A DNA stretch of 64,000 nt from Octopus vulgaris. Taxonomy: Eukaryota. The notes beneath the pieces are model-generated. The model made no database searches, was not told the DNA's origin, and worked only from the letters and a program-made list of their open reading frames with translations. Location: assembly GCA_951406725.2 (NCBI GenBank), contig OX597816.1, forward strand, positions 62,248,001 to 62,312,000, read 5' to 3'. The first letter of the stretch is position 1. The number at the start of each line of letters is the position of its first letter. This document shows, in pieces, positions 30,285 to 44,542 of this stretch. The translations under genes and the position numbers were made by a program.

Positions 30285-30500
30285 TATTTGTGTGTGTGTA
30301 TGTGTTTGTGTGTCTGTGTTTGTCCCCCCAACATCACTTGACAACCGATTTCGGCGTGTTCACGTCCCCGTAACTTAGCGGCTCGGCAAAAGCGACCGAT
30401 CGAGTAAGTACTAGGCTTACAACAAATAAGTCCTGGAGTCTATTTGCTGACTAAAGGCGGTGCTGCAGCATGGCCGCAGTCAAATGACTGAAACAAGTAA

Positions 30501-30503
<3 letters not shown>
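30076..30503 (+). mobile_element. SINE family A, full copy
   Basis: Head gagcggctgtgtggtaagtagc...gggttcagccc plus family body. Confidence 0.88.
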
Positions 30504-30531
<28 letters not shown>

Positions 30532-30781
30532 GTATTTTCCCTCCATGCCTACGTGAATTGTTTTTGAGTATACATTGTCAAGGAGACTCTTCTTATAGTA
30601 GGAGAAATAGCTAAATTCTTTGGCTGCTATTTCTAAAAGTTCGGTGTGTGGTAAAGTAAATTTTTTTGCTGAACCCTAATTATATAAAGTAATGTTTAAA
30701 TATACCGTAAATGGTCCTTTTACATACTGAACACTGCTTCGTAAAATTATTAATTACTAATTAATTAATTTTACCCTTATT

Positions 30782-30838
<57 letters not shown>

Positions 30839-32387
30839 ATGTGCGTCTGTGTCTACGCATAGTTTCTCCCTACTAAATTGTAAGTAAAAGATATTGTTTA
30901 ATATGTAGTTACAAGGTTATTGCGCTACGTAGGATGGAAAACGGAAGCACATGGTTGTGAAGTGAACTTCTTGAGCAAACAGCCATGTCTGTGTCTACGG
31001 TGGGAATTAATATATCTCTGTCTACGACCGGCCGCTTGATATGAACAGCCGACATAAAGGAGGCTGTCTGTTATGCTTTTTGAATTTGTTCATCTGTAGT
31101 CATTTGTTGGTATGTACGGATATGTTAGTATGTATATGGTGTATGTATGCATACGTGTGTTTGGAACGGAAACAGCAAACTAAATAGACTTTAAGAAAAT
31201 GAAAAGAAAGGAAAGAACAAATTAAGAAAGATTTGGCCAACACAACGTAGAAAACACATGAGAAATGATGAAATGTATACTGTTATGTTGTATGGTTCGA
31301 TCTAAAAATACCATTTAACATTTTTAATGGAAGATATTTGTTTGAAGTTTGACGAAGATTCCGGTAAACTAACCGCTATGAAGTATTACATTGTATTATG
31401 GACGGGCCAATAACCGAACGTTACTGGTTGCATACTAGACGTTCAGCAATAGAAATAGTAACTCTATCGCTCTGGTAAAAGAAAAGAAAAGAAATTAAGG
31501 GGAAATAACTCAATGGTATGGATTTTGATTGCTAATATTTCTAAATTGCTAAGAGGAGATAATTTTCTAGAGAGTTATAGGGGCAAATCTGACTTTGTTT
31601 GCAATTTCATATTTTTATAGGAAACGTAAGTCTTGTGACCAAGGCACCTTGTGCCATTAGTATGCTAGATCAGGGATAAACAACGACAACGGTCTACCTA
31701 AAGCTCAAAATGTATCATTAGAAATATATGCGTATATTGTCTTATTCTCACCTAGTCCCACATCAACCTTGATGGATTAAACCTACAACATCCATGATCA
31801 TCACATATTACTTTTTAATCAGTGCGTCCAGAGCAACTAGCCTATGTCCTACACATGTCTCAACATCGTAAAGTCCCATATAACAGATACTTATTTTATC
31901 GATTCAAGAAGAATGAAATGTGAAGTCAAACTTTCCAGTATTTGAACTCTGAATGTTATAACGATGCAAACTGTTTTGTTTGACGCTCTAGCAACTCTGT
32001 CAATCCGACCCTCAAACAAGAACATACTAACTATAATATAACAGTATTACTTAAAACTGAAACTGATTTGAGTGAAACATATTTGGATATTGTCGGTCTA
32101 TCTAGACCTGAAGATAAAAAAAAAGATGATGGTCACGGATAACAGACCTTTGATCATGTAACGTTGTATTATGAAAGTGAAAACACTGTTATTGGTTTTA
32201 TGAAACAAAATGAATCAATAATGTCAAAATATTATTGTCTGCTGCCATATTAGATATTTGAAATGTATATCTGTTGGTATGTATATGTCTATGTACGTGG
32301 TTATGTACAGGGTATGTATAAAGGCTTCTATGTGTATATGCATTTATGAGTGCATCATGTATATATCTGTACGTGTGAATGTATCTG

Positions 32388-32436
<49 letters not shown>

Positions 32437-33046
32437 ATAATACATATATTTGTCTGGTTATGTATGTTTAAACATCTGTATGTTCCTGCGTGGGGAAGCC
32501 GGAGAGCGTGAATGAACATGTGTATATATATATATATGCATTTCACGGTGTATTTGTTTAATGAGGTTTTGTGTGCTTGCGACGCTGCTAGCATCTATAG
32601 TTATGTATATGTGTTCGTACACAAAAGCGTGTGAGTGTGCGCGTATGTGTACGTTTGTGTGCGTAGCGCGTTTAGGTGTGTGTACGTGTGTGTGCCTGGT
32701 ATGCTTACATTACATAAATGATCATTTCGTATGTAGAAATATAAGTGTATCTCTTGATAGCTGGGTGTTGTTGCTATGCTTTAGGCATAAATCAGTCGCT
32801 AACACGCAGACCATAAGATCAAAAGCATTCCACACATGACCACTCCTACTTAGTTGTATGCACGACTAAATTATCCTATTAGTAATTTTAGCAAGAAACT
32901 AGATTATTGTTTGAATTAGATTTTGCTTCTATATCTAGCAGTTCGAAGCGCTCATTCGAGTATGAACATGTCATAGTAAGCCAGCGTGAGAGTACATGAA
33001 TGTGAATATGCTTGTATATACGCAGTACGTGATATATGTGTTACAG

Positions 33047-33089
<43 letters not shown>

Positions 33090-33747
33090 GTGTGTGTTGT
33101 GTGTGTGGGGGGGGGAGAGTGAGTGAGTGAGAGAGAGAGAGAGAGGAAGACTGAATATACACACGCACGCGTGTATATTTCCATATATGTATATAAAACC
33201 CGAACAAAAGATTAACCCAAAATCCAGACAATCCTATCCGTGAAATTAGTTCAGAATTTTAGACTCTGTAAGATAACTTCCTAAGCGTCGATCCTTGTAT
33301 TCAGTGCTAGTCTGTTTTTGATCTATCTCTTCCTTTCAGTTGTTGTAACATCGAAGAAGGATTACAAGGTAAAGCACGCCTGAAGGTATTTTTCCTCGAA
33401 CGATGCTACATTTTATCATCGGCTGAGGAAATGTTAAAATAAGTTCTTGAAACTATGCATGTTCCAAGAAGACTGAACTATTTAGCTTTAATATTTATCA
33501 TGAAATAGCACTTTGTTCAGCTTTGGTTCATTTGTATTTCATATACAACAGTCTTAGAATACATATTCTTTAATTATCCCTAAATAATTGCTTGACCATA
33601 ATCGAATAGATTTGCTTCCGTTTTGCATGAAATTTTCGGTGCTTATGCAGATTGGTTGTTGGTATACACAAACTTATGTTCGTATGGACATATCATAAAG
33701 GTACTTCCTGAGCCATATGCTCATAAATCTGGTTTCCCAGATTCTAT

Positions 33748-33788
<41 letters not shown>

Positions 33789-33842
33789 CAAATTTACAGA
33801 AAACCAGTCGTATTAGTGTGACACTCGGACAGAAGGAAAAAA

Positions 33843-33880
33843 TCCTTAACGTTTCGAACCGGCGCTCTTCGTCAGAAAAG
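33843..33880 (-). ncRNA. Minimal type I hammerhead ribozyme in a PLE terminal repeat
   Basis: Minus strand reads cUUUU-CUGACGA-a-GAGC-gccg-GUUC-GAA-ACGU-U/AAGGa. Stem III is the ACGU palindrome, and a (TA)n array lies about 60 nt downstream. Confidence 0.7.
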
Positions 33881-34080
33881 TGTGAGGGAAAAAAGAAAAA
33901 AAAAAGAGAGAAAAAATGTGAAGAGATTAACGATTTAGCATGATGGTGGTGGTAGTATTTTCTGAAACAAAGCTTAACCACTTCAAGCACAAATGTATGG
34001 TTTGCTCCTCAAGTGAGAACCGATATGGCTTTTGAGCCCGAAGACTCTTTAAAGATTTCCTAGAAATATTTCTAACGTGT

Positions 34081-34397
34081 TTCTGGGGAGAGTCATTTTC
34101 TTTTTGTGCCTTATAATGTAATACCCTCAGCGGTAAAATTTCACTTATTTCTTTTTTTTAATCTCCTAAACTTTTCGTTGCGTCTTGCAACCTTTTCAAT
34201 AGTTTTGACTCTGAACAAAAGGTTGCAAGACGCAACGAAAATTTTAGGATAATAAAAATAAGAAATAAGTGGAAATTTTACTGGTGAGTGTGTAACATTA
34301 TAAGGCTCAAAAAGAAGATGACTTACCCCAGACACAACAGAATATGCTTCAACATACGAACTCCTATAAAGAATCTTGCAAACCAAATCCAAAAACA
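34081..34397. mobile_element. Fold-back (palindromic) insertion with 17-bp TSD
   Basis: Imperfect arms of about 115 bp at roughly 34081-34196 and 34217-34332. Direct repeat aaatatttctaacgtgt at 34064-34080 and 34398-34414. Confidence 0.8.
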
Positions 34398-37300
34398 AAA
34401 TATTTCTAACGTGTATTTACTAAATTATTTTGATACATTATTTTGAAATAGTTTGTGGTTACAGATGACGGTTGAGAATGTTTGCTATTGTACTAGATGT
34501 ACCAGTGCGGATTGAGTATATTTTAAGAGGGTAAGACTTACACTGCACCATTTTTGAATATTAGTCTGTCTGTTGTGTTGACACGGGTTGCTTAGTAGCC
34601 TCCTGAATTAGTTGTTGTTCGATCTTGCATTCAAATCTGGATTCTTATTTTATGTTTTTGTTTTCTATATCATGGTGTCTATGGAAGCCCAGGGCTTGCG
34701 ACCGTAATAAAATACAGATCATCAAGATCTTGCAGTTTTCAGTTCCATGGAATACTGATGGAACTGACGACCCTCAGCGACAACACTAATCACTATCAAA
34801 TTTTGTGTAGATATTCATATGTGCGTGTGTCGTGTCCTCGTATTGGCCTCTGACTAGGATTGCAATATAGAAAGTGTTATCTTTTTAAAACTACTTTGCG
34901 TGTAATGAAACGGATTTAGTTGGTTTATAGGTGTGTTTAAAAATGTATCTGAAGTGATGCAATAATTCCGAGATGAAATCTTATATATTGTATTTACTCT
35001 AGAGAATTTTGATCGCTGGATGCCAAGCAGAAGCGTAAACTACGAAGGTGGTAGAATCAGATGGTCATTATCTTTCACTTGCATTGTATTCTCTTATCTA
35101 TATATTTCGCAATGTAGAAATAGAAAGAATACAACCTCTGTTATCATTTCACGAAGCTTAATTAAATTAACTGAGGGAATGTCTGGAGGAAAATTACCAG
35201 ATCTTGTTTCCAAAAATGTTACAAAAGAGAATCAAACGTTCCATTAATCTCTGACGTCACGGTGCTAATAATATTTGTTTTGAATTGTTCACGTGGTTTC
35301 TTTCATGAAATGATATTTTTTACCATAGATTCTGGACGATAGCATGGCTACACTCTATCTAAATCAGACGAATATAATTACGGTCAAATGTTTACGAAAT
35401 TCGCTTCCGAATCGCTGACATGAATCTTGATCCTATTGCAGAGTGTGGTACATTAAAGTTTTTATTAATGTGTGTGCACATTTATGTCTTTTACTTCTTT
35501 ATTGTGCTTAGGTAATAGATTCTGGTAGATAAATACCTGCCTTATGGACAAAAGGTTTCCATGTATTTGTCTTCTGCGTAAAATGATCGATGTCTAGGGT
35601 TCATTATACTTGCTAACGATGCGATTTAATCTTTATTCATAACACTGTAGTTTCACATATGAAAATATAGACTGCGATATTTTTCTTTTTGATATTATTG
35701 TTGTGTCGTCTATAATATCATATTTACTATTTTATTCTTATTACTGTTATTTGCTACAGTATGGAGATGCGAGCCATAAATAATTATTGTAGCTTTTATT
35801 TTGTTTAGAAATAGTTTTGCTGTTTTCCATAATAATATTTCGTAAAACAGGTGCTCTGATAGCTCTGATATTAGGTTAACATGTGTCACAGGAATGATTT
35901 ACAGCGCCATATTCCGCTACAGTGTACGGCAAAAAGTATTAGAATCCGGATGTTCAAGGATCGATTTGAAATCCCATCTGAATATGCCGCCAGCAATTAA
36001 TGCTAATATTAATTATTCTCTCAAATTTTGACACAAGTGATACAATTTTGAAGGGAAGGTTGCTATGGTCTGAACTCTTTGTATGACCATCCTCCCTGTA
36101 CATAACTCCCTGTCCCCATACATCGCCTTGCCTTTGCTTTTTGAACCAATAAAAAGTGATTGAATTGATTGATTGATGTTATCGACCCCCGAATGTACGA
36201 AGGACAAAGATGACCTCGGCGGCATTTAAACTCGCAACATAAAGATGCAGAAAAGATTCTGTCAGCGCATTGCCTCTTTCTGATTTAGCAAGAGGACCTC
36301 GATTGGGAATCCAGACGATCTTATGACGTTGCGAGCTCATCGCCATATGTTCCTGAATAATGAAAGTATTGCCTCTATAATAATAGATTCCGATTAGAAG
36401 CCCAAATCCAGGAAATTTCAAAGAAGGAGATTTGTTGATACCACCATCTACGCTACTACTTCACTGCTACATTATTTTATCCACCCGCAAATGATCAAGG
36501 ACAAAGCTGGCCTCGGAGTGATTTCAACGTAAAAAGTAGGAACGAATAGGACTTTCTTCATATTCGTTTCGACGAATGCTGAGTATGGTCTTCGATGCTT
36601 TAACAAAACTAACAACGTACCACACTGAATTTTTTTCTAATTCAGGCATTAGGCATGAAATTTGAAGGTGATGTGGTCAGTGGACTACCTTAACCCGAAT
36701 ATTTCCCAAGAACTTAACTTTTTCGAGCCGGGATGAATGAAAGTAAAAACTGATTCCGTTGCGTTTCGAAATTTATATAACTAAATAATAAAGTAGTGCA
36801 TTTAGTACGACTCTTTAACATTTCTGCTAATTCACTAACCTAAAGTCTTATAAGAAACAGAGATTACAGTAGAGATATGCTGAATTTTATAGTCGTGAAT
36901 GCAATTCCTGTAGCGATGACAATGTTTTAAATACAATCATTTAATAAAAGTATTGAGTATAAAAAACGAAACATATGTAGTAAATGAAAAATCTGAAAGT
37001 AATGAGAAAAGAAAAATCTTGAGTAAAAATGCAAAAAATGTTGATAAATGTTGATTGCACCACCACGTGGAATCTGTTGAGACTAGTAAGAAATAATTAT
37101 GAACATTTCTTTTATTACACTTAACTTTAAAAATATATATTTTTGATAAGGTTAGTTTTTTTTTTAAGAACCGAAACATGTAAAATCTTTCAGAAAATTA
37201 ACATTTATCTTATATAGTGGCGTTTTCAAACTTCTTATATATATATATATATATATATGAGGATATTTGCAGAATCGGAGGGAACTAAACATAGCATAAT

Positions 37301-37409
37301 AAAAGAAAATATGATTATAGTACATCTTAATTGTAGAGCTTGTCGTAATATATGTGTTTTGTATATATGCATGTAGGTATATATACAATGCTATGTATGT
37401 ATGTATGTA

Positions 37410-37440
<31 letters not shown>

Positions 37441-39977
37441 TCATATGACTTATTTGTTTGACAGAGTTGACAGAGAGTCAAAGAAACAAGAACAGAAACA
37501 ATGTAGTGGTGAAAAATGTAGGCGGTTAGACATGGAAATAGAATGACTGAGATAAGCAGAGAGAAAGAGAGAGCGAGAGCGAGAGAGAGAGTGAGAGAGA
37601 GGCAGACAGATAGACAGACAGAGACAGGGAAAGCGACGCTGGGAAATTAAAAGAATAAGATAAATGATGAGTGGGTGAGAGTGAAGAATATAGTTAGTCA
37701 AAACCCTATTTTATTGTGTGTGACGTTTCTGTCACTTAATTCATGCCCTTGCGTGCATCTTGTATATGTGTGCTATTTGTAGAGTGTATGAGCTCATTGT
37801 TTGGAGTATTATTGCTCTTATATAATTTAATGGCAACCAAAGTACAGTAGACCTTTGATTTACATGCATTCCAAACTTGGCTACCCAGTTTCAATTTTTT
37901 TAACGTGTTCTATTGAAAACTTAACTTGTGATATCGATGTGGTTCCCTCTATTTTTTATCAGCTGGAGCATCTATGTAAAGTCCTCACTCATTATCCCTC
38001 GCTCCCGTACAGTAAATTTTCAAGTGAGGGGTACACGATTCCTACGTTTGGCATTTCTAGCTACCATCTATATGTGTCCTTCGGTGTTTCTTATATTAAT
38101 GTATGGAAGTGGTATCGACCTCAGAGGCATCATCGCACTAATTGGCTTCGCTCCTTCCAGCGAACTCGGTTTTGTATCCCGTACGGTGGTTCCTGGTTTA
38201 ATGGTTGTCACGTCGGGAGTGGTAGAGGTTAACTTAATGGTATCTCTCTATTGAAGATGCTATGGTTTCGATGTCACGAGAGAAAAGTCCTTTGAAGTAT
38301 CTGGTAGAAATTCTTAGGGATATTTGTTTTTATTTAACGAGAGAAGGATAAACCGAAACATATAACATGCCGACGTAAATTACCTCGTTTTAGCTTGATT
38401 TTAATGATTTGAATGAAATGGCAGCCCCATATTTCTAAAATCATATCCAATTATCTTTTGTAAATCTGGTTCTTAAAATCATACAAAAGATATGATTTTA
38501 GAAGTATGTGGCAGCCACTTCATTCATATCGAGCTACAATGTGGCCATTTTTGACTCGTTTGTAGAAGTAGAGGAAGTTTTGAGGAAAATTGTCTGCCAT
38601 TTCTCTCAAACTTACTACCAAGTGCGTGTCTCTGACGTTGGCTCGTAAGTACATACATTTAGATATGTCTAAGCCAGTATGCAGTGATTTGAAGGAAATG
38701 TGACAAGTATGTCTAACATTTCATCCTAACAGAAAAGGTCTCCTCTAATTCTAAAATTACAACAATTTTATGAATATTGTTTAATATTGATAATGAAATG
38801 CGGCAATCCCGTTTTCTATACCAGTAACTGTATTATTCAATATATTCTTTATTTAAGACAGCAGGTTATATACTTTTAGTGATTTAGCTGTTGTCTCCTA
38901 CAAGTCAAGTAATTGTATTTACTGAATGTGTTTTTCACGAAGCTGCCTGTAAACATCTCCTTATATCGTTATAATCTATAAGTTTATCTTGTATGTATCT
39001 TTATATATACGTATGTTTGTGTGTGTATAAATGTAAGTATGCGCATGTTGTAAATGTGTGTTTATGAATATATGTATGCCTCTATCACTATGTGTACGAT
39101 TGTAAGCAAACGTCTACATTTGCTTGTGTGTATGTGTAAGCATGCAAGTAATATCCGGCACCCAACAGCCTCTAGGTTATTAATATACGAATTACGAGGG
39201 AAACAAAATGACAGAAAGAATTAATGGAGATATGAATGCGAGAATCACTATCCTATTAATTGCTGCCTGCAAACGTTAAAAAAAATTGTGCCTGAGTGGG
39301 AATCCGATGCATTTTAAATCTAGTTTTAAAATGTGTTACACAACAGAAAAGAAATATGATATTAATTGATATTAATAATTTGAAGTGACTTGGAGTATAG
39401 AAGAATGATCAATAAAAATTTAGAAGAAAAATTGCAAGTTGAAAGAACGAACTGAAGTCATTCAAATGTGTATAGAAATAAGACAAATGAAAATTTATCA
39501 AAAGAAATTTGAAGACAACATATTTTGAATTGCGTAATAAATAATTATTTTAGGAATAATGAAAGTAACAGTGTTATGAATATTGCGGAATTTAGCTGTA
39601 TTCAATGCAAATTGTGGGCGAGTTGTCACGATCAGCTTTTTAATACAGGAAAAGAACGCGTTTCTATGAAATGACGTAATTTGTTTTGTGTACATCATTT
39701 AGACTTGGAGGCGGTAGTTAACGCAAGATGATTCATATTATTGGATAGGACGATATAAGTGCAAGAGCAAGAAGTGAGTATTCCTATAAATAAAAGCTAG
39801 TATGGTATATTAATTTTTTATTTGGTTACAAAATATTAGGATTTGAAAATTTAGGTAATGTTATTATTTAAAATACTTAGAAGTACGGGTTACACAATGT
39901 ATATAAGATACTCCTAGTTCGGAACGGTTATTCAATAAGTTTGTATTATTCCTATGTTTTAAAATTTCATATGTCTC

Positions 39978-40262
39978 CAGTTACACACTGGGGCAATATA
40001 ATCGACTTAATCCATTTGTCTGTCCTTGTTTGTCCTCTCTGTGTTTATCCCCTTGTGGGTAGTAAAGAAATAGGTATTTCGTCTGCCGTTACGTTCTGAG
40101 TTCAAATTCCGCCGAGGTCGACTTTGCCTTTCATCCTTTCGGGGTCGATAAATTAAGTACCAGTTACGCACTGTGGTCGATGTAATCGACTTAATCCGTT
40201 TATCTGTCCTTGTTTTATCCCCTCTATGTGTAGCCCCTTGTCGGTAATAAAGAAATAAGAAA
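39978..40262 (+). mobile_element. SINE family B, headless with partial tandem unit
   Basis: Near-identical to the 7770-8050 segment. Confidence 0.85.
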
Positions 40263-40293
40263 CGTAAATAGGCAGACCGAGATAATCGCATGG

Positions 40294-41628
40294 AATATTA
40301 AACTGCTATAATAGATAAATTTCCTTTAATTCCGTTTTGAGGGAAATATCATATTGTATATGATGTCTAAAAATAAATCTAAAGCGTGATCACAGCCGCA
40401 AGGAAAGCAGGACATAGAATCCAGCCGTTGTTTTGTGCTGGTATTTGAAATTAATAATTAATACACAAACAGACTAACTACTAGCCAATGTACGTTCACA
40501 GTTTCGTACTAATCCTAATATATACCTGATTCTTTGCGATGTTGTTTTGCCAGTGTTGATGACATTCATCTAGAAATGATCGATATGTTGACCGATGGCC
40601 GACAATATTCAGCAGTTAAGAAACAGGGGCAAAGAGCATTACATTATTAAGAAAAATATCGAAGATATTTTTGTTGATTTTTATTACACAGCTTTCGTTA
40701 TGTAATTGATATCTGGTGTGTAATTTGTGGAACTGTATACATTTACAAAATCAAGTGTTGGATATTATTACTCATTGGTGGAGTGGAAAAATACTATCTG
40801 ATTGTATATCTTCTCTTTTACGATAGCTGATGTCATTCGGTGGAGACAAAATGACAGAAATCTTAGAGCACCGGATTTACTGCTTTATATTATTTAGTTA
40901 TATCTCTGTACTCGGGTTCAAATACGGAGATCGACATATTTATTATTGGGGGGAGGGCTTAGAAGAAATACTATATATGTAGCTAATTCATTTCAGTCGG
41001 GAATACCTCTCTCTTTAGCTGTGTCGAAGTAACGTGGGGGCATCTTCGAAATCCCCAGCTCACAGTAGCTAAATATCCTTTAATATTAAACTACTATAAT
41101 ATTAAAGTATCCTTTAATTCCGTCTTGAGGAAAATATCATAATGTATATGATGTCTAAAAATAAATCTAATGCATCATCACAGCTGCAAGGAAAGGAGGA
41201 AACAGAATCCAGCCGTTGTCTTGGGCTGGTGTTTGAAATAAATAATTAATACACAAATTTAAGACGATGATCTGGCAGAACCACTACCCGGGCGGAAAAC
41301 GGCTTTACGTTCTGGTTCAAATTCCACCGGGTCTACTTTGCCTTTCGTCCTTTTCGGTTCGATAAAATAAGTACCAGTTAAGTTCTAGTTTCTATCCAAT
41401 CGACGTACGTCGTCGCACGTAATTGGTGCTTTTGTGATATCATTTGAAGGCGATAATTTACCTGCTATAATATTTAAATATTCTTTAATTATATCTTCAG
41501 GAAAAATATCACGTTGTATATGTTGGCTAAGAATTAAAAATATAGCATGATCATGGCCGGGAGGAATAGAAGAAACAGAAATAAGCGCGTTGACTTGTAC
41601 CAGTATTTGAAATCAATAGTTAATACAC
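40294..41628 (+). repeat. Locally triplicated unit of about 175 bp (40294-40469, 41082-41257, 41461-41628)
   Basis: Shared ctataata...ctttaatt...gaaatatc...tgtatatg...tttgaaat...taatacac. Confidence 0.8.
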
Positions 41629-42412
41629 GAATCAGCTAAACAACCTATAATTGCACAGACAGTTATCTAGATTGTGAAATTAAAGATTGATTTTAGCATT
41701 TTTTATGCGCTTTTTAAACCGATTATTTTAAGAGAGAAATATTTGCCGTTAGAATATACATAAGTGATGTATACGGGAGTCACTAGATAGGAGTTGTGAA
41801 AATATACTTCGATTCTTATTCCTCGCTTTCTTACATCACAAGCGCTTCCACAATTTCGAAGAAAACATCTGAAAGTCTTATTTTGCATTTCCCTATTTTC
41901 AAACGACTAATTATGAATCATCGAACAATTAGTTCTCAGTTTCCCTGTGGTGATCATTATTCTCATACAGAGTTACTCTGCGTAAGATGTTATTTAATCA
42001 ATGGCTACGGTGTGTTTAATTATTTCTCAAAAATAAAAGATAATTTTGGGGATGCAAACTATTGTTTTTCTAAAACAAACAAACTCTATAACGGGACTTA
42101 AGAAAGAAATAAAACTATATATTAGATATTTATTGAAACTAGTTTAACTGCTTAACTTATAGACATGAAAACATAAGAGTCGTGTGAGAGCTAATGGTTG
42201 TAGCAGATTTTCAAAGCACAATTGTTACAAGCGTTCGAGCTAAATGGATAGGATGCGATATGACATTGTTTTAAGTATCAGCTGTTCTCGGCATCCATTC
42301 ATACTTCACAGTAAACATAAATGTTCGATCCTACATTACTTCTCAAAATTTAATTTACTTGGACATAGATATGTCATTTGCAGAGTCCGAAAGATACGTG
42401 TATGTACGTGTT

Positions 42413-42474
<62 letters not shown>

Positions 42475-42551
42475 ATGTATGTATGTATCTATATATGTAT
42501 ATATGCATATATGCGTGTATGTATATATATGTGTGCATTTATGTATGTATG

Positions 42552-42582
<31 letters not shown>

Positions 42583-42748
42583 ATATGTAAATACATATAT
42601 GCATATATATGTTGCTTATTTTGATTTTAATCACCTTATGTTGAAATTGTATGGATAATACCGTACTAAATTCTGGTGCCTCAACGTAAGTACAATATTC
42701 ATCTGAGTCTAAATTTTTGCTGAACTCATCTACCATACGTATGCATAT

Positions 42749-42812
<64 letters not shown>

Positions 42813-42866
42813 CTTAGAATAACTTAGAACAACATACATATATATATTTGTATATATGTATGTATG

Positions 42867-42923
<57 letters not shown>

Positions 42924-42959
42924 AATTTAATTCTTTAAATTGATTCAACTTTAAAGCTA

Positions 42960-44462
42960 CGGGCATGCTGGGGCACCACCGTTGGCTGTACTACACCATT
43001 ATTAGAAACGTGGCATTTGGATAATGATGGAGTTTCATGCTGCTCCCTTTATCTGTGTTTCCTGTCGTCAGGTAGGTTCATTTGCAACCGTTGACAGGAG
43101 GAAATCCAGCTTTACTTTGACACATGCATCCATAGAATGCAGGTCTGTCAGGTATTTGGAGAGGATATTGGAGAGCTGTGGGCCCTTGAAACCCAAATTG
43201 TTGCAGTATCTGGTCCTGTATTTGGATGGTAGGGCTGGGATCTTTGGCATTATGCAGTGGCGTCCCGTCCTGCTGTTTGTGTAACTTTCGATACCAAAGT
43301 GGTTACAAGGCCTTGCAGTATTTTCCAGATGTATATCACTGCATATCTTTACCGCCTTCTTTCTAGGGAGAGGAGTTTTAAGTCTTTTAGTCTTTCCCAG
43401 TAGCTGATGTGCTGCATTGTGACGATTTTCTTTGTGCAGTTTCGTTGGGCCGTTAATTTTTTACTTTGTGGTGACCATATCTGGGAGCAGTAGTCCATGC
43501 TGCTGAGGACATATGCCCTCCAAACACTCATCATTGTTTCCTTTTCTCTCGTTTGGAAGTTCGTTGGATCCATTCGGCTAGCTGTCTGAATTTTATTACC
43601 AAATTAGGAATATGCATCATTGCTATTGTAAATGCCCAGGTCACGCACTGATTTTGATTCAGGGACTGTAGTTCCTCCTGGGTCAGTGTATCCTATCTGT
43701 ATATCGTTCAGCTTTGAGTACTGGTAGCGCAGGACTTGGAATTTCCTGCATTAAACTGCATGTCGTTGTCCTCAGCCCACCTGTATATTGCGTCCAACTC
43801 CCATTGCAGATGTGCAATATTTCTAGGATTTTGTATTGTCTGAGAGACTTTTGTTTAATCTGCATAGCTAGCGAGTTTGGTTATCTGAGCAGATAGGAGC
43901 ATGCATGAGAGGGTCATAGTAAAGAGTAGTAGCCCTAAGACAATGAAACACCGCTTACTTTTTGTGTTTCCTTTGGGGTTGCTCCAGTGATCACCAATAC
44001 CTGTCGTCTATCTTTTAGAAAACCGTGTCGCCACTCTCCTAGTTTTCCGACTATGCCGAGATAACGTATTGTGGCATATCATACTTCAGCGGACTTTATC
44101 AAGGGCTTTTGCAAAGTCGAGATATATTACATCCACACTTCAGTAGCTTAATAGCTGTTTTAACACCCAGACATAATATCGTAAGAGCTGTATCAGGTAG
44201 CTTAGACCTGGTCGAAATCCAAGCTGGATGTCAGTCAGCAAGTAATGTTCTTCAAGAATACGATTAGTTTCTTACGGTCTATTCGTTCCATGACTTAGCT
44301 GATGTGTTAGGTCAGAGAGATAAGCCTATAAATTTTAGCATCTGCTCTCCTTCCTTCGTTATGGATAGGGAATATCATTCCTTCCTTCAGATTGTCTGGG
44401 AGCTTAGCACTTGTGAGAAATCTCTGAAAAAGAAGCTGCAGTGTATTTGCAAGGGCTCGTTG
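42960..44462 (-). mobile_element. CR1/L2-group LINE reverse transcriptase 3' fragment, decayed
   Basis: Minus-strand remnants YRLISLT, GFRPGLS, VDVIYLDFAKALDK, ASYAD*TK, DLGI, DYCSQIWSP and SYWERLKDLKLLSLERRR. Confidence 0.85.
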
Positions 44463-44542
44463 AATGTATATATAGCCACATGTGTGTGTGTATACGTATA
44501 TATGTATATGTGAATACACACACACACACGCATATATATATA

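Noticed and set aside
37855-38254. Overlapping ORFs of 108-125 aa in unique sequence
   Set aside because: They start at non-ATG codons and show no recognisable domain.
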